In this document: positions 40,440 to 53,913 of the stretch, piece by piece | Layout: each line of letters opens with the position of its first letter | Position numbering within the stretch: position 1 is the stretch's first letter | Assembly: GCF_006345805.1 (NCBI RefSeq) | Contig: NC_043000.1 | Coordinates: 99,200,001-99,264,000 of the forward strand | Direction of reading: 5' to 3' | Length of the DNA stretch: 64,000 nucleotides | Source: Octopus sinensis | Lineage: Eukaryota | Made by a program: the position numbers and the translations under genes | The notes under the pieces: generated by a model | The model's input: only the letters and a program-made list of their open reading frames with translations | Database searches by the model: none | Told to the model about the DNA's origin: nothing

Positions 40440-40760
40440 CGGATTAGATGGCTGCTACGCAAAAATACAACGAATGGTCCTGAATGTGAAATGGCATCAA
40501 CCATTATGGTGATCTGCAGAAAGTTAGAGAAGAGATAAAAACGGCTGCGACCATCTGGTTATTGCGTGCGTCACCCTGAATTGGAAGTATCCAAAATTAG
40601 ACTTGTGGAATCCACTTCATGATAATGTAAGAGAAAAACGTTGTCACACTTATATCGACAATTCGATCACAGACACTAGCCCGGAATATATCCAGGACCT
40701 CGAGGCAATGATCTTAGTCCCAGAAGTGTGGCAGGTGGACGTTTTTGCTGCGGCCCGGGC
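40440..40760 (+). mobile_element. Old RTE-type LINE 3' fragment
   Basis: LDGCY.K+.RMVLNVKW..., RLR..G+C.RHPELEVSK..L.EP.H..., TYID. Confidence 0.55.
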
Positions 40761-41304
40761 TGGAACCAGGTCATAAAAACTTATACTTCTGTATCTTTGC
40801 ATTTTTTTCCTAGTCAGAATTGTCGGCCCTATGCAGACATATTTTTGCTTCTGTAGAGAGGTAGTCCATGCTACTCTGGCCTATATCCTTTGGCCTGTTC
40901 AGCATGGTGGGGCGGGGTGGTTAACCAACGGCTTGCACACTATACATTTAAGCACATAATCCACTTCTCAGCAACAAAGACTAGACCTTATAGTAGTGTT
41001 TTGATCCAGTTTATCCTAAACTGACGGAGCAAGCCGGTTGTCAGATGCAGCCCAACCATAATCAAGACGTCTTTTTTATTGGGCTTTGCATAATTAAAAC
41101 GATATTATCCGTTGTATCTCACCCTTTCATGACAGTTAGGAATAATATGAAAGAGAATTAACTATTGTTGCTTGCTGATTGAGAGACAACATAGAGTCTC
41201 AGTCGTTGACTCAGGTTTTCTTCTTTAGACAGAACTAGTCCAACCCATCAGCGACTTTCTACTCGATTTAATCCTGGTCATGTCCTCCCACCATTTCTTT
41301 TTTA

Positions 41305-41560
41305 TATTCTTTTATTCTTTTATTTGTTTCAGTCATTTGACTGCGGCCATGCTCGAGCACCACCTTTAGTCGAATTAATCGACCTCAAGACTTATTCTTT
41401 GTAAGCCTAGTACCTTTTCTATCGTTCTCTTTTGCCGGACCGCTAAGTTACGGGGACGTAAACCACCAACATCGGTTGTCAAGCGAATGTGGGGAACCAA
41501 ACACAGGCACACAAGCACACACACACACACACACACCACACACACACACACCACACACAC

Positions 41561-41610
<50 letters not shown>

Positions 41611-41785
41611 ATATATATATATTATATATATATACGACGGGCTTCGTTCAGTTTCCGTCTACCAAATCCACTCACAAGGCTTGGTCGGTTCGAGGCTATA
41701 GTAGAAGACACTTGCCCAAGGCATCACACAATGCGACTGAACCCTAAACCGTATGGTTGGGAAGCAAGCTTCTTACCACACACCC
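41305..41785 (-). mobile_element. SINE family A (minus)
   Basis: Reverse-complement head and tail with internal CA/TA tract. Confidence 0.85.
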
Positions 41786-42560
41786 AAATACATATATATT
41801 AGTTTTCCAATTCATTCAAAGCTTCCAATATACTGACTTCTCAGTAATTATTTCTTATCACGGAATGCAAATCTATCTCATTTTACAAATTATATAAAAA
41901 CAAACTTAAAGTAAAGAAGTGCAAACAAGGATATGTGTTAAGAAGCCTGCCTCCAAACCATGCGGTTTTGGATTCAATCCCACTGCGCGGCATCTTCGAC
42001 AAGTTTCTTCTACTAAAACCCTAACCCGACCAAAGCCTTGGAAGTGGATTTGGTGGAAAGAAACTGAAAGAAGCATGTCGTGTGCGTGTGTGTGTGGTGT
42101 GTGTGTGTGTGTGTGTGTGCGTGCACGCACGCATGTATCTTTCTGCTTGTACTGTGTTTGTCCACATCTTCCACATGACAACCGGTGTTGGTATATATAT
42201 ATCCCCGTAACATAGCAGCTCGTCTAAAGTGACCGATAAAATAACTACCAGGCGTTGCAAATAAATAATGGGGCCAATTTTTTCGATTAAATCTCTGAAT
42301 ACGATGCCCCAGCATGACAGCAGTTCAATGACTGTCACAGATAAAAGATAAAGTTCATAGATAATTACTTTAATTTTTTAACCGCTTATAGCAGATGACA
42401 GAAGCTCGTTTCGACAATAGCATTAACAAAACTAACAATTAAAATGTTATTAACAACGACTGATCTCAGATAATTAGACATTGCGACTTATATCTTGATT
42501 CTCTTTTAATAATAAATCAATATTTTCTATAATATCGGTGATGCTTTCTTCTTGTTTCAG

Positions 42561-42602
42561 GGGTTGATTCTCTCCTTTCTGTACTGTTTCCTTCATGTTG
42601 AG
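42561..42602 (+). CDS. Class B1 GPCR, 42-nt TM7 exon
   Basis: ttcttgtttcag|GGG acceptor and GAG|gtaagt donor. GLILSFLYCFLHVE is the canonical 14-codon class B1 exon (GxxVAxxYCFxNxE) and joins in phase to SSFQ of the 30750-30888 exon. Confidence 0.93.
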
Positions 42603-42943
42603 GTAAGTCATTTATTTTATATATTTATTTTATTAATTAGATATAATCTTATTAATTATGTTGATGACTCAACTATCTTACGAACTACAAATTCTCAAAA
42701 GTTGAGTTTTATATATATATATATTCTCTCTTTTTTAACTTGTTTCGGTCATTTGACTGTGGCCATGCTGGAACACCGCCTTTAATCGAACTAATCGATC
42801 CCAGGACTTATTCTTTGTAAGCCTAGTACTTATTTTGCCAGTCCCTTTGCCGAATCGCTAAGTTACGGGGACGTAAACACACCATCGGTTGTGAAGTGAT
42901 GGTGGTGGGTCAAACACAGACACACAAATATATATATACATAC

Positions 42944-42998
<55 letters not shown>

Positions 42999-43195
42999 CA
43001 CGACGGGCTTCTTTCAGTTTCCGTCTCACAAATCTATGTTTATATTATAAACAATCCTTGCAGGTGGGGTCCAGTTAGAATTTTCTTCTGGTCGAGTAGC
43101 CCATACCGCTCAAAAGGTCCCTGAATAAGGATTGTTTAAGGATGTTGAACGAAACACCCATGTTTCCAACTGGTACTGCATCAGGGCATTTATTA

Positions 43196-43250
<55 letters not shown>

Positions 43251-43260
43251 GTTATTGTTA

Positions 43261-43301
<41 letters not shown>

Positions 43302-43311
43302 GTTATTATTA

Positions 43312-43359
<48 letters not shown>

Positions 43360-44450
43360 GGCGGCGAGCTGGCAGGATCGTTAGCACGCCGGGCAAAATG
43401 CTTAGCGGTATTGCGTCTGCTGCTTCGTTCTGAGTTCAAATTCCGCCGAGGTCGACTTTGCTTTTCATCCTTTCGGGGTCGATTAAATAAGTACCAGTTA
43501 CGCACTGGGATCGATATAATCGACTTAATCCGTTTTTCTGTCCTTGTTTATCCTCTCTGTGTTTAGCCCCTTGTGGATAGTAAAGAAATTTCATCTGCCG
43601 TTACGTTCTGAGTAAAAATTCCGCCGAGGTCGACTTTGCCTTTCATCGTTTCGGGTTCGATTAAATAAGTACCAGTACTGAGGTCAATGTAATCAACTTA
43701 ATCCGTGTGTCTGTCCTTGTTTGTCCCCTCTGTGTTTAGCCCCTTGTGGGTAATAAAGAAATAGGTATTTCGTCTGACTTTACATTCTGAATTCAAATGC
43801 CGCCGAGGTCGACTTTAACTTTCATCCTTTTAGATGTAATCGAGTAGCTTCTACCCACATTTCAGGCCTTTTGCAAAGTTTGTATCAATTAGATTTGAAT
43901 TCTGCACAAATAGTATTTGTCTGAAGTTCTAATGGTTCTGCCATTCTGCCATAGTAATGATGATGACGCTAATAAGGATCGCGATGGTAATGGTATAAAC
44001 TACATTAATATTAGATTTAATTTCTTGGCACAAGGCTAGCAATTTCGGCGAAGTGGGGATAGCCGATTACAATGACCCCAGTCAACAACTGCTACTTATT
44101 AATCGAAAGGATGAAAGGCAAAGTCGACCTCGGTGGAATTTGAACTCAGGGTGTAAAGACAAACGAAACGCCGATAAGCATTTTGCCCGGCGCTGTAACG
44201 ATTTTGCCAGCTCGCTGCCTCAGATTACATAAATATCGATTTCAAATTTTGACACAAGGCCAGTAAGTTCTGGGAGGGGGTTATGTAATTATATCGACCC
44301 CAGTGTTCAACTGGTACTTATTTTATCGACCCCGAAACGATGAAAAGCAAAGACAACGTCGGTAGAATTTTGAACTCGGAATGTAAGGGCGTACGAAATG
44401 AAGCAAAGCATTTTTTCTGGTGTGCTAATGAATTTGACAGCTCACCACTT
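43360..44450. mobile_element. Cluster of SINE family B copies (tandem plus-strand partial duplicates, then two minus copies)
   Basis: Repeated ttccgccgaggtcgactttgc.tttcatc at about 43441, 43620 and 43800; reverse complements at about 44010-44220 and 44230-44450. Confidence 0.8.
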
Positions 44451-45362
44451 TATATAAATTACATTGATATCAGAAATCGATCAATATAAAAGAAACCATA
44501 GAAGTCGTAACATGCTGGACTAGGAATGTAATCGTGACGAAAGGACGACTGCGATATTAAATATCATGCTGATGGTGATGATCATGATGATGATGTTGAT
44601 GACGATAATATTGGTGTTGATGATGTATTGGGAATCGAATCAAATCAAACTTTTCAGCAAAATGGAATTTGTAATTGGGTTTTGAAACCGGAGAACTAAC
44701 ACGTGAAATAAAATTAAAATTCTCTGTACCAAAGGCAGATGTGTCGTGAATGTCATGGTTGGTGTGATATCTAAAGAGGAAACAATTATCTTATATATTT
44801 AAATGTTGACCCAAATTTTATACTGTTACATTTTATTTTTAAATTAATAACTAACAAATGAAGGATTGTTTATAATATAAACATAAAGAGGAAATACATT
44901 GGTGAATCTGTCGATAAGACTAAGTGGAGTGTGGGTATGTGTGTTTGTGTATATTTGTATGACTATGTGTTTGTATTTGTATGTGTGTGTGTGTGTTGTG
45001 TGTGTGTGTGTGTGTGTGTGATAGGGCTTGGTGTTCGTGTGTGTTTGCGATGTGCGTGCATATGTGCGGTGTGTGTTTATGTGTGTGTGGTGTGTTATAT
45101 ATGTGCGTTTCTATACACAAAGAGAACACAGTAGATAGCTCAAAAGAACGGTACAAATGTAAACTCTATCTCTATCGCACTTTAAACTCACGTACAACAC
45201 ATACACGTGCATTCACAAATACACACACACACGCACCACACACACATATGCAAACACATAGTTATGTACATCTGTCAATTTATTTCTGTGTGCGTGTGTT
45301 TATGTGTATGTGTATATCTGCCTGTATGTATCTATATATGTGTATATCTGCATGTGTGTATC

Positions 45363-45443
<81 letters not shown>

Positions 45444-45849
45444 GAACAAGACCAGTTCTTAAACACGTTTCACTCTGAGAAACATCTCGCTGTTGCTTTG
45501 CCCATCGCTAAAATGTCTCATACATACACACATACATGCATTTCAGTTTCTGTCTATAAAATCCACCCACAAGGCTCCGGTCGGTTCGAGGCTATAGCAG
45601 GACATATTTTCCCAAGGAAGCACTCATCCGTGAACTTTTCCAGGAATTTCTTTGATTTTTCCAAGAATCCCTTGGAGTTTTCTGGGAAATCCTGAGTCCA
45701 GAAGTGTTAGTGGACAGGAAGTCATCGGTCCGGAAACTCTCGAATTTTCCAGGAAACCCCATCCTTGGACTTTTCCAGAAAATCCTTGCACTTCTCCAGG
45801 AAATCGTTGGATTACCTTGAGTTGTGTTTACTGACTCTCTTCAATATAA

Positions 45850-46180
45850 TCACAACATTAATGGAGAGTTCTATGCTAACTTACTAAGGTAGTTACGATA
45901 AGCTATCAAAACCAAACACCCAGAAAAACTGATGAAGGGCGTCTTGTTTCAATTGCTGTTTGCGTGACTGGCTTGATCTCGTTGATCACCCATCTTATTT
46001 TAATGATTTGTTTCCATATGACTATCGTCTGTTTCCCAACACTAAAAAACACTTGGCTAGGCAGCAGTATCGATGTGATGGTGACGTCTTATCTGCTGTA
46101 GGTGACTTATTTGACCAACAGGGTAGCTTCTTCACCAATGCGATCCAAGCACTGATGCAATTGTGTAGACAGTAAGAGGA
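45850..46180 (+). mobile_element. Mariner transposase C-terminal remnant
   Basis: LVDHPSYFNDLFPYDYRLFPNTKKHLA..Y..D.DV..AV.D.FDQ..SFF...I.AL is a decayed HPPYSPDLAPSDF region. Confidence 0.75.
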
Positions 46181-46328
46181 ATATTTCGGCCGAGCCTCAT
46201 AATGATAAAAATTATTATTATACCTGCATTTGTATTGATTTTAACATAGAAACAAATCCACTTTTTTCGCCAAAAAGTTTTGAATCCGGGTTTGCACCCC
46301 CTAAGCAAATTTCGTTCCCGAGCCACTG

Positions 46329-46378
<50 letters not shown>

Positions 46379-47418
46379 GTGTGTGTGTGTGTGTGTGTGC
46401 GTGCGTGTGTGTATTTATACATGTATGTATGGGGTCTATACAAATGTATTTCATTACATCTATATTTTATACATGGCCTATAATTTGGAATACGAAGACA
46501 GAATTGACAGCCAGTTTTATGCATTAATGAATTATATGAGCGTATATATATATATATAAATAATGTATGCGTGCGTGCGTTTGTATGCGAGATGAATGAA
46601 ATTATTTTCTTATCTAGGCACAAGGGCCGAAATTTTGTTTGGTGGGAGAGGGCCTGTCGATTAGATCGACCCCAGTATGCAACTGGTACTTAATTTACCG
46701 ACCCCGAAAGAATGAAAGGCAAAGACGACCTCGGTGGAATTTGAAATCAGAACGTAACAGCAGACGAAATACCGCTAAGCATTTCGCCCGGCGTGCTAAC
46801 GTTTCTGCCAGCTCGCCGCCTTATCAATAAACATTCATCTCCGTTACCTCCTGAAATTTTATTATTTATATGTGCGTGTACGAATTATCGGTTTGGCTGT
46901 GTGGCAAGAAATTTGCTTCCCAATAACATGGATCCGGGTTCAGTGCCACTGGGTCTACCTTAGCCTAGTGGCTTCCACTATAGACCCGGGGCGACCAAAA
47001 CCTTGTGGATTCGGTATACAGAATTGATTGAAGCCCGTTTTATATGTATATCTGTGTGTCTTTATGTTTGTGTTTGTCTCGCAGCATCTCTTGACAAGTC
47101 GGTGTTGGTTTCCTTACGTTCCCGTAAATTAGCGGCTCGGCAAAAAGAGCTTTATACAATAGATAGCAGACTTTAAGAATAAATACTGGAATCGATTTGT
47201 TCAACTAAAACTTTCAATGCAGTGCCTCAGCGTGGTTACAGTCTAACAAGTAAAAGATACCTATCTATCTAGCTAGCTAGCTAGCTCTGTATTACATTGC
47301 TAAGTGGTCTGATAACAATGTTCGGTGGAGGAACGTTTTGTGATAGCCACAGGTTTTTTTGATTCTGCATCTTATTCTACAAATTCACACACAAACGCGT
47401 GCGCGCATACATATATGC

Positions 47419-47492
<74 letters not shown>

Positions 47493-47643
47493 CGTAGTAC
47501 ATACATATCTTCATACATACATACACACACAAACAAAAACACACACACTAAAATTTCAATGCAATCTAACAAAAGATACTTATCTAAATCTTTATTTATC
47601 TACTCTCTATCTCTCTCTCTCCCTATAATATATATATATATAT

Positions 47644-47738
<95 letters not shown>

Positions 47739-48136
47739 ATATATATCAAAATAGATAAATACATACATACAAACATACATGTATGCATACACACACAAAC
47801 CACACACATACGCATACCTAAATCAGACTACCAATGACCCCATGATATAAACGATTCACAAGCAACAAGAATGTTAACCATGCATTTCCATCATCCGCCA
47901 CCTAGCAGATATCACTATGGTTTTGATACCTGTGAGATAGCGAGGGGTGAGGGAGTGAAAGAGTGAGAGAGTGATGTGGACTCTTCTGTAATAGTCAACC
48001 TTGACTACGACGGAACATGAACACAGGCAGAAAGGCAAAGTCGGCATCAACGGATTTTGAACTCAGAACGTAAAGACACGCGAAATACCGCTAAACATTT
48101 TGCCCGGTGTGCTAAAGATTCTATCATTTCGCTGCC

Positions 48137-48182
<46 letters not shown>

Positions 48183-48183
<1 letters not shown>

Positions 48184-48710
48184 GAAATGATGTATTTTGA
48201 CTCGATATTATCTCCACCTCTAAACGCAACACATGTAAACATGCGTGGAACATCACGATCATCCCGGACCTCAAACACACCATGTAAAAAGGAACTACGA
48301 AGAAACTAAATGCCACCGATACTATTCACCCAAGAATAACAATCGAGCGGTACGTACATTAAACCTACAACAAAAAATGTACGAAAAACTACACGTGCGA
48401 ATATATGTGACAACAGAAATAAACGGACCGGTACCCTACGAAAATGACGACCGTCAAAATAATGGGCCGGACGTTGTACCTCATGTCCCGCAAATAAAAC
48501 CCAAAAGACGTAACATGGACACGTGAGGAATACATTTCTATCTTACACGCATACTACACAGCAGTACTCTACCCCAAAAATGAAAATACAACAACACATA
48601 CATATAAAATATGGAAGGAAAATAATAGAGATATAGACTTGGATACAGCAATGAACCCTAATAAATTAGCTAACGTACGAAGATACATTCTCAACACAAA
48701 AAAAATATCA
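48183..48710 (+). mobile_element. 5' end/N-terminal ORF of an R4/Dong-type retrotransposon, running into the gap
   Basis: Starts after (TAA)n. ..PKRR/(frameshift)/TWTREEYISILHAYY.A...YKIWKE...NKLANVRRYILNTKKIS resembles the R4-clade N-terminus (recalled family pattern). Confidence 0.6.
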
Positions 48711-48810
48711 NNNNNNNNNNNNNNNNNNNNNNNNNNNNNNNNNNNNNNNNNNNNNNNNNNNNNNNNNNNNNNNNNNNNNNNNNNNNNNNNNNNNNNNNNN
48801 NNNNNNNNNN
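48711..48810. other. Assembly gap (100 N)
   Basis: Run of exactly 100 N, a typical placeholder for unknown size. Confidence 1.
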
Positions 48811-48963
48811 CTGCAACTAGCACGCACGACATTACGTGTCTTGCCGCACATATTCAGCTAATTGCATAAGAGACTACAGAAAGAAAGTAAGAATATTAAA
48901 CGCACAGAGAATTCCTCCCTTCACTTATTCTTTCATTGCTTTCTTTCATTGCTTTCTTTACAG

Positions 48964-49107
48964 GCATTGTAGCAATAATGGTAACTTTAAACGGAACAGT
49001 TCGGTGCTATGGACTATTCTTTGTGGAGATTATGAGATTTTTTCGTGCTTCTTCATCGATTGGATCAATGGTTCTAAGTCTACCATCTGCTACTTATACT
49101 GTATCAT
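48964..49107 (+). CDS. SLC16/monocarboxylate-transporter-like MFS protein, TM1-TM2 exon
   Basis: Long pyrimidine tract ..ttctttacag|GC and CAT|gtaagt donor; 144 nt, phase 1-1. (G)IVAIMVTLNGTVRCYGLFFVEIMRFFRASSSIGSMVLSLPSATYTVS matches the MCT pattern G..xxGxFFxExxxxFxxSxS..xWxxSL before the conserved intron. Confidence 0.75.
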
Positions 49108-49123
49108 GTAAGTTTACAATGTT

Positions 49124-49165
<42 letters not shown>

Positions 49166-49167
49166 CT

Positions 49168-49212
<45 letters not shown>

Positions 49213-49679
49213 ACTCTTCAGCTCTAAAACTATTGGTTCATTCGGGGTTTGGTTGACATCTTTCGCTCGCATTGATGCATAAATTACTTTTTTATGTATT
49301 TATTATTTTTCTATTTTAACCTAACCGCTAACAAGTCTTATTTTCCTGTATGCATTCATTGTGCAACCGAGAGCAGCTCTGCTCTGCGTGCTTTGCGTAA
49401 GTCAAGTGTTTTGTTTTTGGTTTTGCATTTATAGCTTGTACTGAAAGTATTTACGTAATGTGTCTGTAGTGTGTAGCAGTACTATTTTCTTCCAAGTCAG
49501 CGTAGCATACGACTTGATGTGTATTAATTAAAATTAATTACATATAGGATTAAGTTCGGAGTGAATCTAATCGTTGCCAAGACAGACAACTCTGTTCATT
49601 TTTCAGTATTATGAAAATTCATTAGCATATTTTCCACCCCTTCCCTCAAATCATGCCATCTTCTCGTATTCCGTAAACA

Positions 49680-50000
49680 TTCCTTCTTGTCTTTCAAAGG
49701 GAACTCTAGCCTTGGTGACCTTTTAGCCCAAAGCACTTTAACCCCCTTCCTTTCCATTTCTCAACCTGCCCTTGAAACCGTTGCAACAGATGTCCGTACA
49801 TCCATATCATTAATGTCTTTCTTGGACCCTACTAACGTTTCTTCTGTTTCAGAAGAGCGTTTCACCATATCTCTTTGGAATGTCTTTTACAGTCTTATAT
49901 CCCAGTTATGCGGTCCCTTATACTTTGGAGAGAGACATACCGCAAACTGGGATGTTATTTCACACCATGGCTCCTCCGCTTTTTGTTATCACAAAGAACA
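49680..50000 (+). pseudogene. Penelope-like GIY-YIG endonuclease remnant
   Basis: SFKGNSSLGDLL.QS.L...RFT.SLWNVFYSL.SQLCGPLYFGE.......SHH is a decayed FTC.S.NV+Y.I.C..C..LYIGET..L..RF.EH. Confidence 0.6.
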
Positions 50001-51031
50001 ACACTCCGTCTTCCACCTCCAATTCTACGCTTCCTCAGGCATCAAAAGTGCGCTCATGTTCATTTTTATACTCTACCACACCACAATACATCCTTTTAAA
50101 ATGCACCCCACCATAACACCACACACACACACACATACACACACATACACACACATACACTCATACACACATACACACACATACACACACACACACCACC
50201 ACCACCACCATGATACCATCATCATCGTCGTCGTCATACCCACATACACTAATTTTATCTATATCTGAAGATACCACACACTGAAGATATCATACACACA
50301 TACTGACACACAAAGATGATTACAAACTTCACATAAGTACCCACATTCATTCAATTCTACTTGGACAGTTACAAACACACAGCAACAGTCTTTATACCTA
50401 CACACATTTTAGTCATAACTCTACATAGTCTTATCACATCACATATACACAATCATAAACAACTTGCTTAACACACTCACATACATACGCAATCCCACAT
50501 ACATACTCACAAATGCACTGATACACACTATTTCACATTATAAGCAGCACACATATACTTCAAGTCCGCGCAAACATACACACAATCACATACAGGCCAC
50601 ACATATTTACACATCACATGCATTAAGCTCTAACATTCAAGCATCTACGTAGACCCTACACACACACACACACGCACACACACACACAGAACACACATGC
50701 CACACACATAGTCTGTTACTCTAATTGATAGATAATTATTTGGTTGGTTGCAAAGACAATAGAATGTATGGATAGCCTGAAATACTTATCGATTCATTAT
50801 GCATTTGATTGATTTCATTGATTATTTAATTGATTAATTGATTGATTGGCAGGGTGATAAATAAACAATTAAACTGTTAAACACATAGATGGACTTTAAG
50901 ATGAGTATTGTGATATATAAGCTAACCAAAAGATATATACACACATTGGTTCATACTTCAAGAGAAGGACTACAGATACATGGAAAGTTACGTATATTTG
51001 TGTCACCGTATGCATAGTTATACATCCTTCA

Positions 51032-51414
51032 TCTCTCTCTATATAAACGGCAGTTTGTCTGTGCGTGTTTCTGTGTGTCTGTTTGCTTGTACCCTCACCC
51101 TGACCACGGCTTTCAACCGATTCTGATGAAACTTGACACACACATAGCCCAATGTCATAATTCAAAACTAACGCAGCGAAAATTTTGAAAAGTTCCCCCA
51201 GTTCTGAAAAAAATCAATAAATTCGACATGGGGTCGAGAATCAGAAACACAAACCGCAAACTGTCTAGGGGACGCAACTCCACCTATTTTAACTAAAAAA
51301 AAAATTTACCATAATTTTTTTCCATTTTTTTGCTATTTTTTGGCTATAACTCTCTAAAAATGCTTTATAGTTATTTCCCTTACAAACCTGAGCAACGCCG
51401 GGCGATACTGCTAG
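51032..51414 (+). mobile_element. Non-autonomous Helitron
   Basis: A|TC 5' end, ccgattctgatgaaacttg motif, 3' hairpin cctgagcaacgccggg, CTAG|T 3' end (A-T target). Confidence 0.85.
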
Positions 51415-51423
51415 TTATATATA

Positions 51424-53073
51424 TTAGCGAAGACTGTTCCTGGCTGGTTGTAATGCCATAGTTTCTTGTTGACGTCTCTTCTTTTCTTTCCATTTCTCCT
51501 CTCTCTCTCTGTCACTCCTTTGTATTCCCTCTTTTACGGTACGTCGCCATTCTCCACGGTTGCCGGCAACTGCCTCCCAACCGCTAATATTGATGTTGCA
51601 CGCCTTCATGTCCCTTTGCACAACATCCTTGTAACGTAAGATCGGTCTACCCACAGACCTAGTACCCCTAGCAAGCTCTCCGTAGAGTATGTCCTTGGGT
51701 ATTCTGCCATCTTTCATACGGCTAACATGCCCAAGCCATCTCATACGTCTTTGTGTGAGGAGTGCAAACATGCTTGGTATTCCTGCTTGCCTGAGGACAT
51801 CTTTGTTGGGGATATGATTCTGCCATTTGATGCGGAGGATTTTTCGGAGGCAGCGCAGGTGAAAGATATTTAGGCGACGCTCTTGGCGTGTGTATAGCAT
51901 CCAAGTCTCACTTCCATACAGTAGAGTGCTGAGGACACATGCCTGGTAGATCTTCATTTTCGTGGTCTTGGTCAGCTTATTGTTGTCCCAAGCCCGTTTG
52001 GAGAGTTGGGCCATCGCAGCAGCTGCCTTGCCAATGCGTATATTGAGCTCAGCGTCAAGGGATAGGTTGTAGGTGACGGTAGAGCCCAGATAGGTAAACT
52101 TCTCCACCTCTTGTAATCTGTGGTCTCCAATATGTATGTTTGGGATGTCCGATGTAGCCTGACCCTGATGTTGGTCTTCTTAGGCTGATAGCTAAGCCAA
52201 AGTCGTTACATGCTTGCTCAAAACAGTTAATGAGCCTTTGGAGGGCTTCTTCTGTGTGTGATACCAGAGCGGCATCATCAGCAAATAACATCTCCTTGAT
52301 CAGGACGTTTCTGATTTTGGTCTTGGCACGCAGGCGCGAGAGATTGAACAGTTTCCCGTCACTTCTACTGTGCAGAAACACTCCATCATCTGATGTCTGA
52401 AAGGCATGTGAAATTAAGAGCGAGAAGAAGATGCCAAACAATGTAGGAGCGAGGACACAACCTTGCTTTACCCCGTTTTTTATTTGGAAGGCGGCTGATG
52501 TTGAACCGTTGTGCTGTATGGTGCCTTGCATGTCATCATGGAAAGACTTGATGATCCTCAGCAGCTTTGGTGGACATCCGATTTTTGGAGCAGGATGAAG
52601 AGGCCTGTTCTGCTTACCGAGTCAAAAGCCTTTGTTAGATCAATGAAGGCCATATGTAATGGCATTTTCTGCTCTCTGGACTTCTCCTGAAGTTGGCGTA
52701 TGGAGAATATCATATCGATAGTTGATCTGCTTATTCTAAAGCCACACTGCGATTCCGGATAGATTCGAGAAGCAAGTAGTTGTAGCCTGACCAGGATAAC
52801 GCGGGCAAAGGTCTTTCCAACAGTGCTTAGAAGAGATATACCGCGGTAATTGTTACAATCACCACGGTCACCTTTGTTTTTGTAAAGCGTAATGATGTTA
52901 GCATCCCGCATATCCTGAGGGACTGTACCCTCTTCCCAGCACTGACACAGAAGCTCATGAAGGTGCCGAAGCAGGATGGTGTTTTTGCCGGCTTTGATGA
53001 TCTCTGAGGGGATGCCGTCTTTTCCCGGAGCCTTATTTCTTGCTAGGGAGTCAACAGCCTTGGTGAGCTCTGC
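51424..53073 (-). mobile_element. RTE-clade (BovB-like) LINE RT region, young, truncated at both ends
   Basis: KAPGKDGIP, NYRGISLLS, ESQCGFR, FIDLTKAFDSV, GVKQGCVLAPTLF, LFADD, KFTYLGS and RWLGHVSRM.D.RIPK.ILYGEL across three frameshifted ORFs. Visibly more GC-rich than the flanks. Confidence 0.95.
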
Positions 53074-53589
53074 TATATATGTATGTATATATGTATGTAT
53101 GTATGTGTAATATGTTTGTGTGTCTGTGTTTGTCCCCCAACATCGCTTGACAACAGATGCTGGTGTGTTTACGTTCCCGTAACTTAGCGGTTCGGAAAAA
53201 GTAACCGATAAAATAAGTACTAAGCTTCCAACGAATAAGTCCTGAGGTCGATTTGCTCGACTAAAGGCGGTGCTCTAGCAGGACCGCAGTCAAATGACTG
53301 AAACAAGTAAAAGAGAGTAAAAGATATATATTATAAACACACACATACATATACAAAGCGAAAGAGAGAGAGGGAGGAGAGGAAGGAGAGGGAGAGAGGA
53401 AATGAGGGAGGGGGACAGAGAGGAAGAGAGAAAGCAAGAGAAGGGAGGAGAATGCGAAACAGGTTGATTGATATGCTTGACGGCTTTCGCTGGCAATCTC
53501 CTGTGTGAAAGAAATAAATTTTTGTTTGTGCGTAATTCCAGCTTTAATAAATGATACCTGCTGTCGCTAACTGATATAAAATATATATG

Positions 53590-53631
<42 letters not shown>

Positions 53632-53862
53632 AGTAGACATACGTATACATATATACAAACATATATTCATACATGCACACAGACACGTGCACAAACACTC
53701 ACACACACACCCATACACACACACACACACGCAAACACACACATATCTCTTCTTTATATGTTTTATTTGCGGCCATGTTGGGGTACTGGCTCGAATTTTA
53801 GTCGAATGAATCAACTCCAGGTTTTATATATATATAATATATATAATATATATATTATATAT

Positions 53863-53913
<51 letters not shown>

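Noticed and set aside
45934-45945. CTGATGAAGGG hammerhead half-core
   Set aside because: Part of the mariner reading frame (KLMKG); no GAAA or stems.
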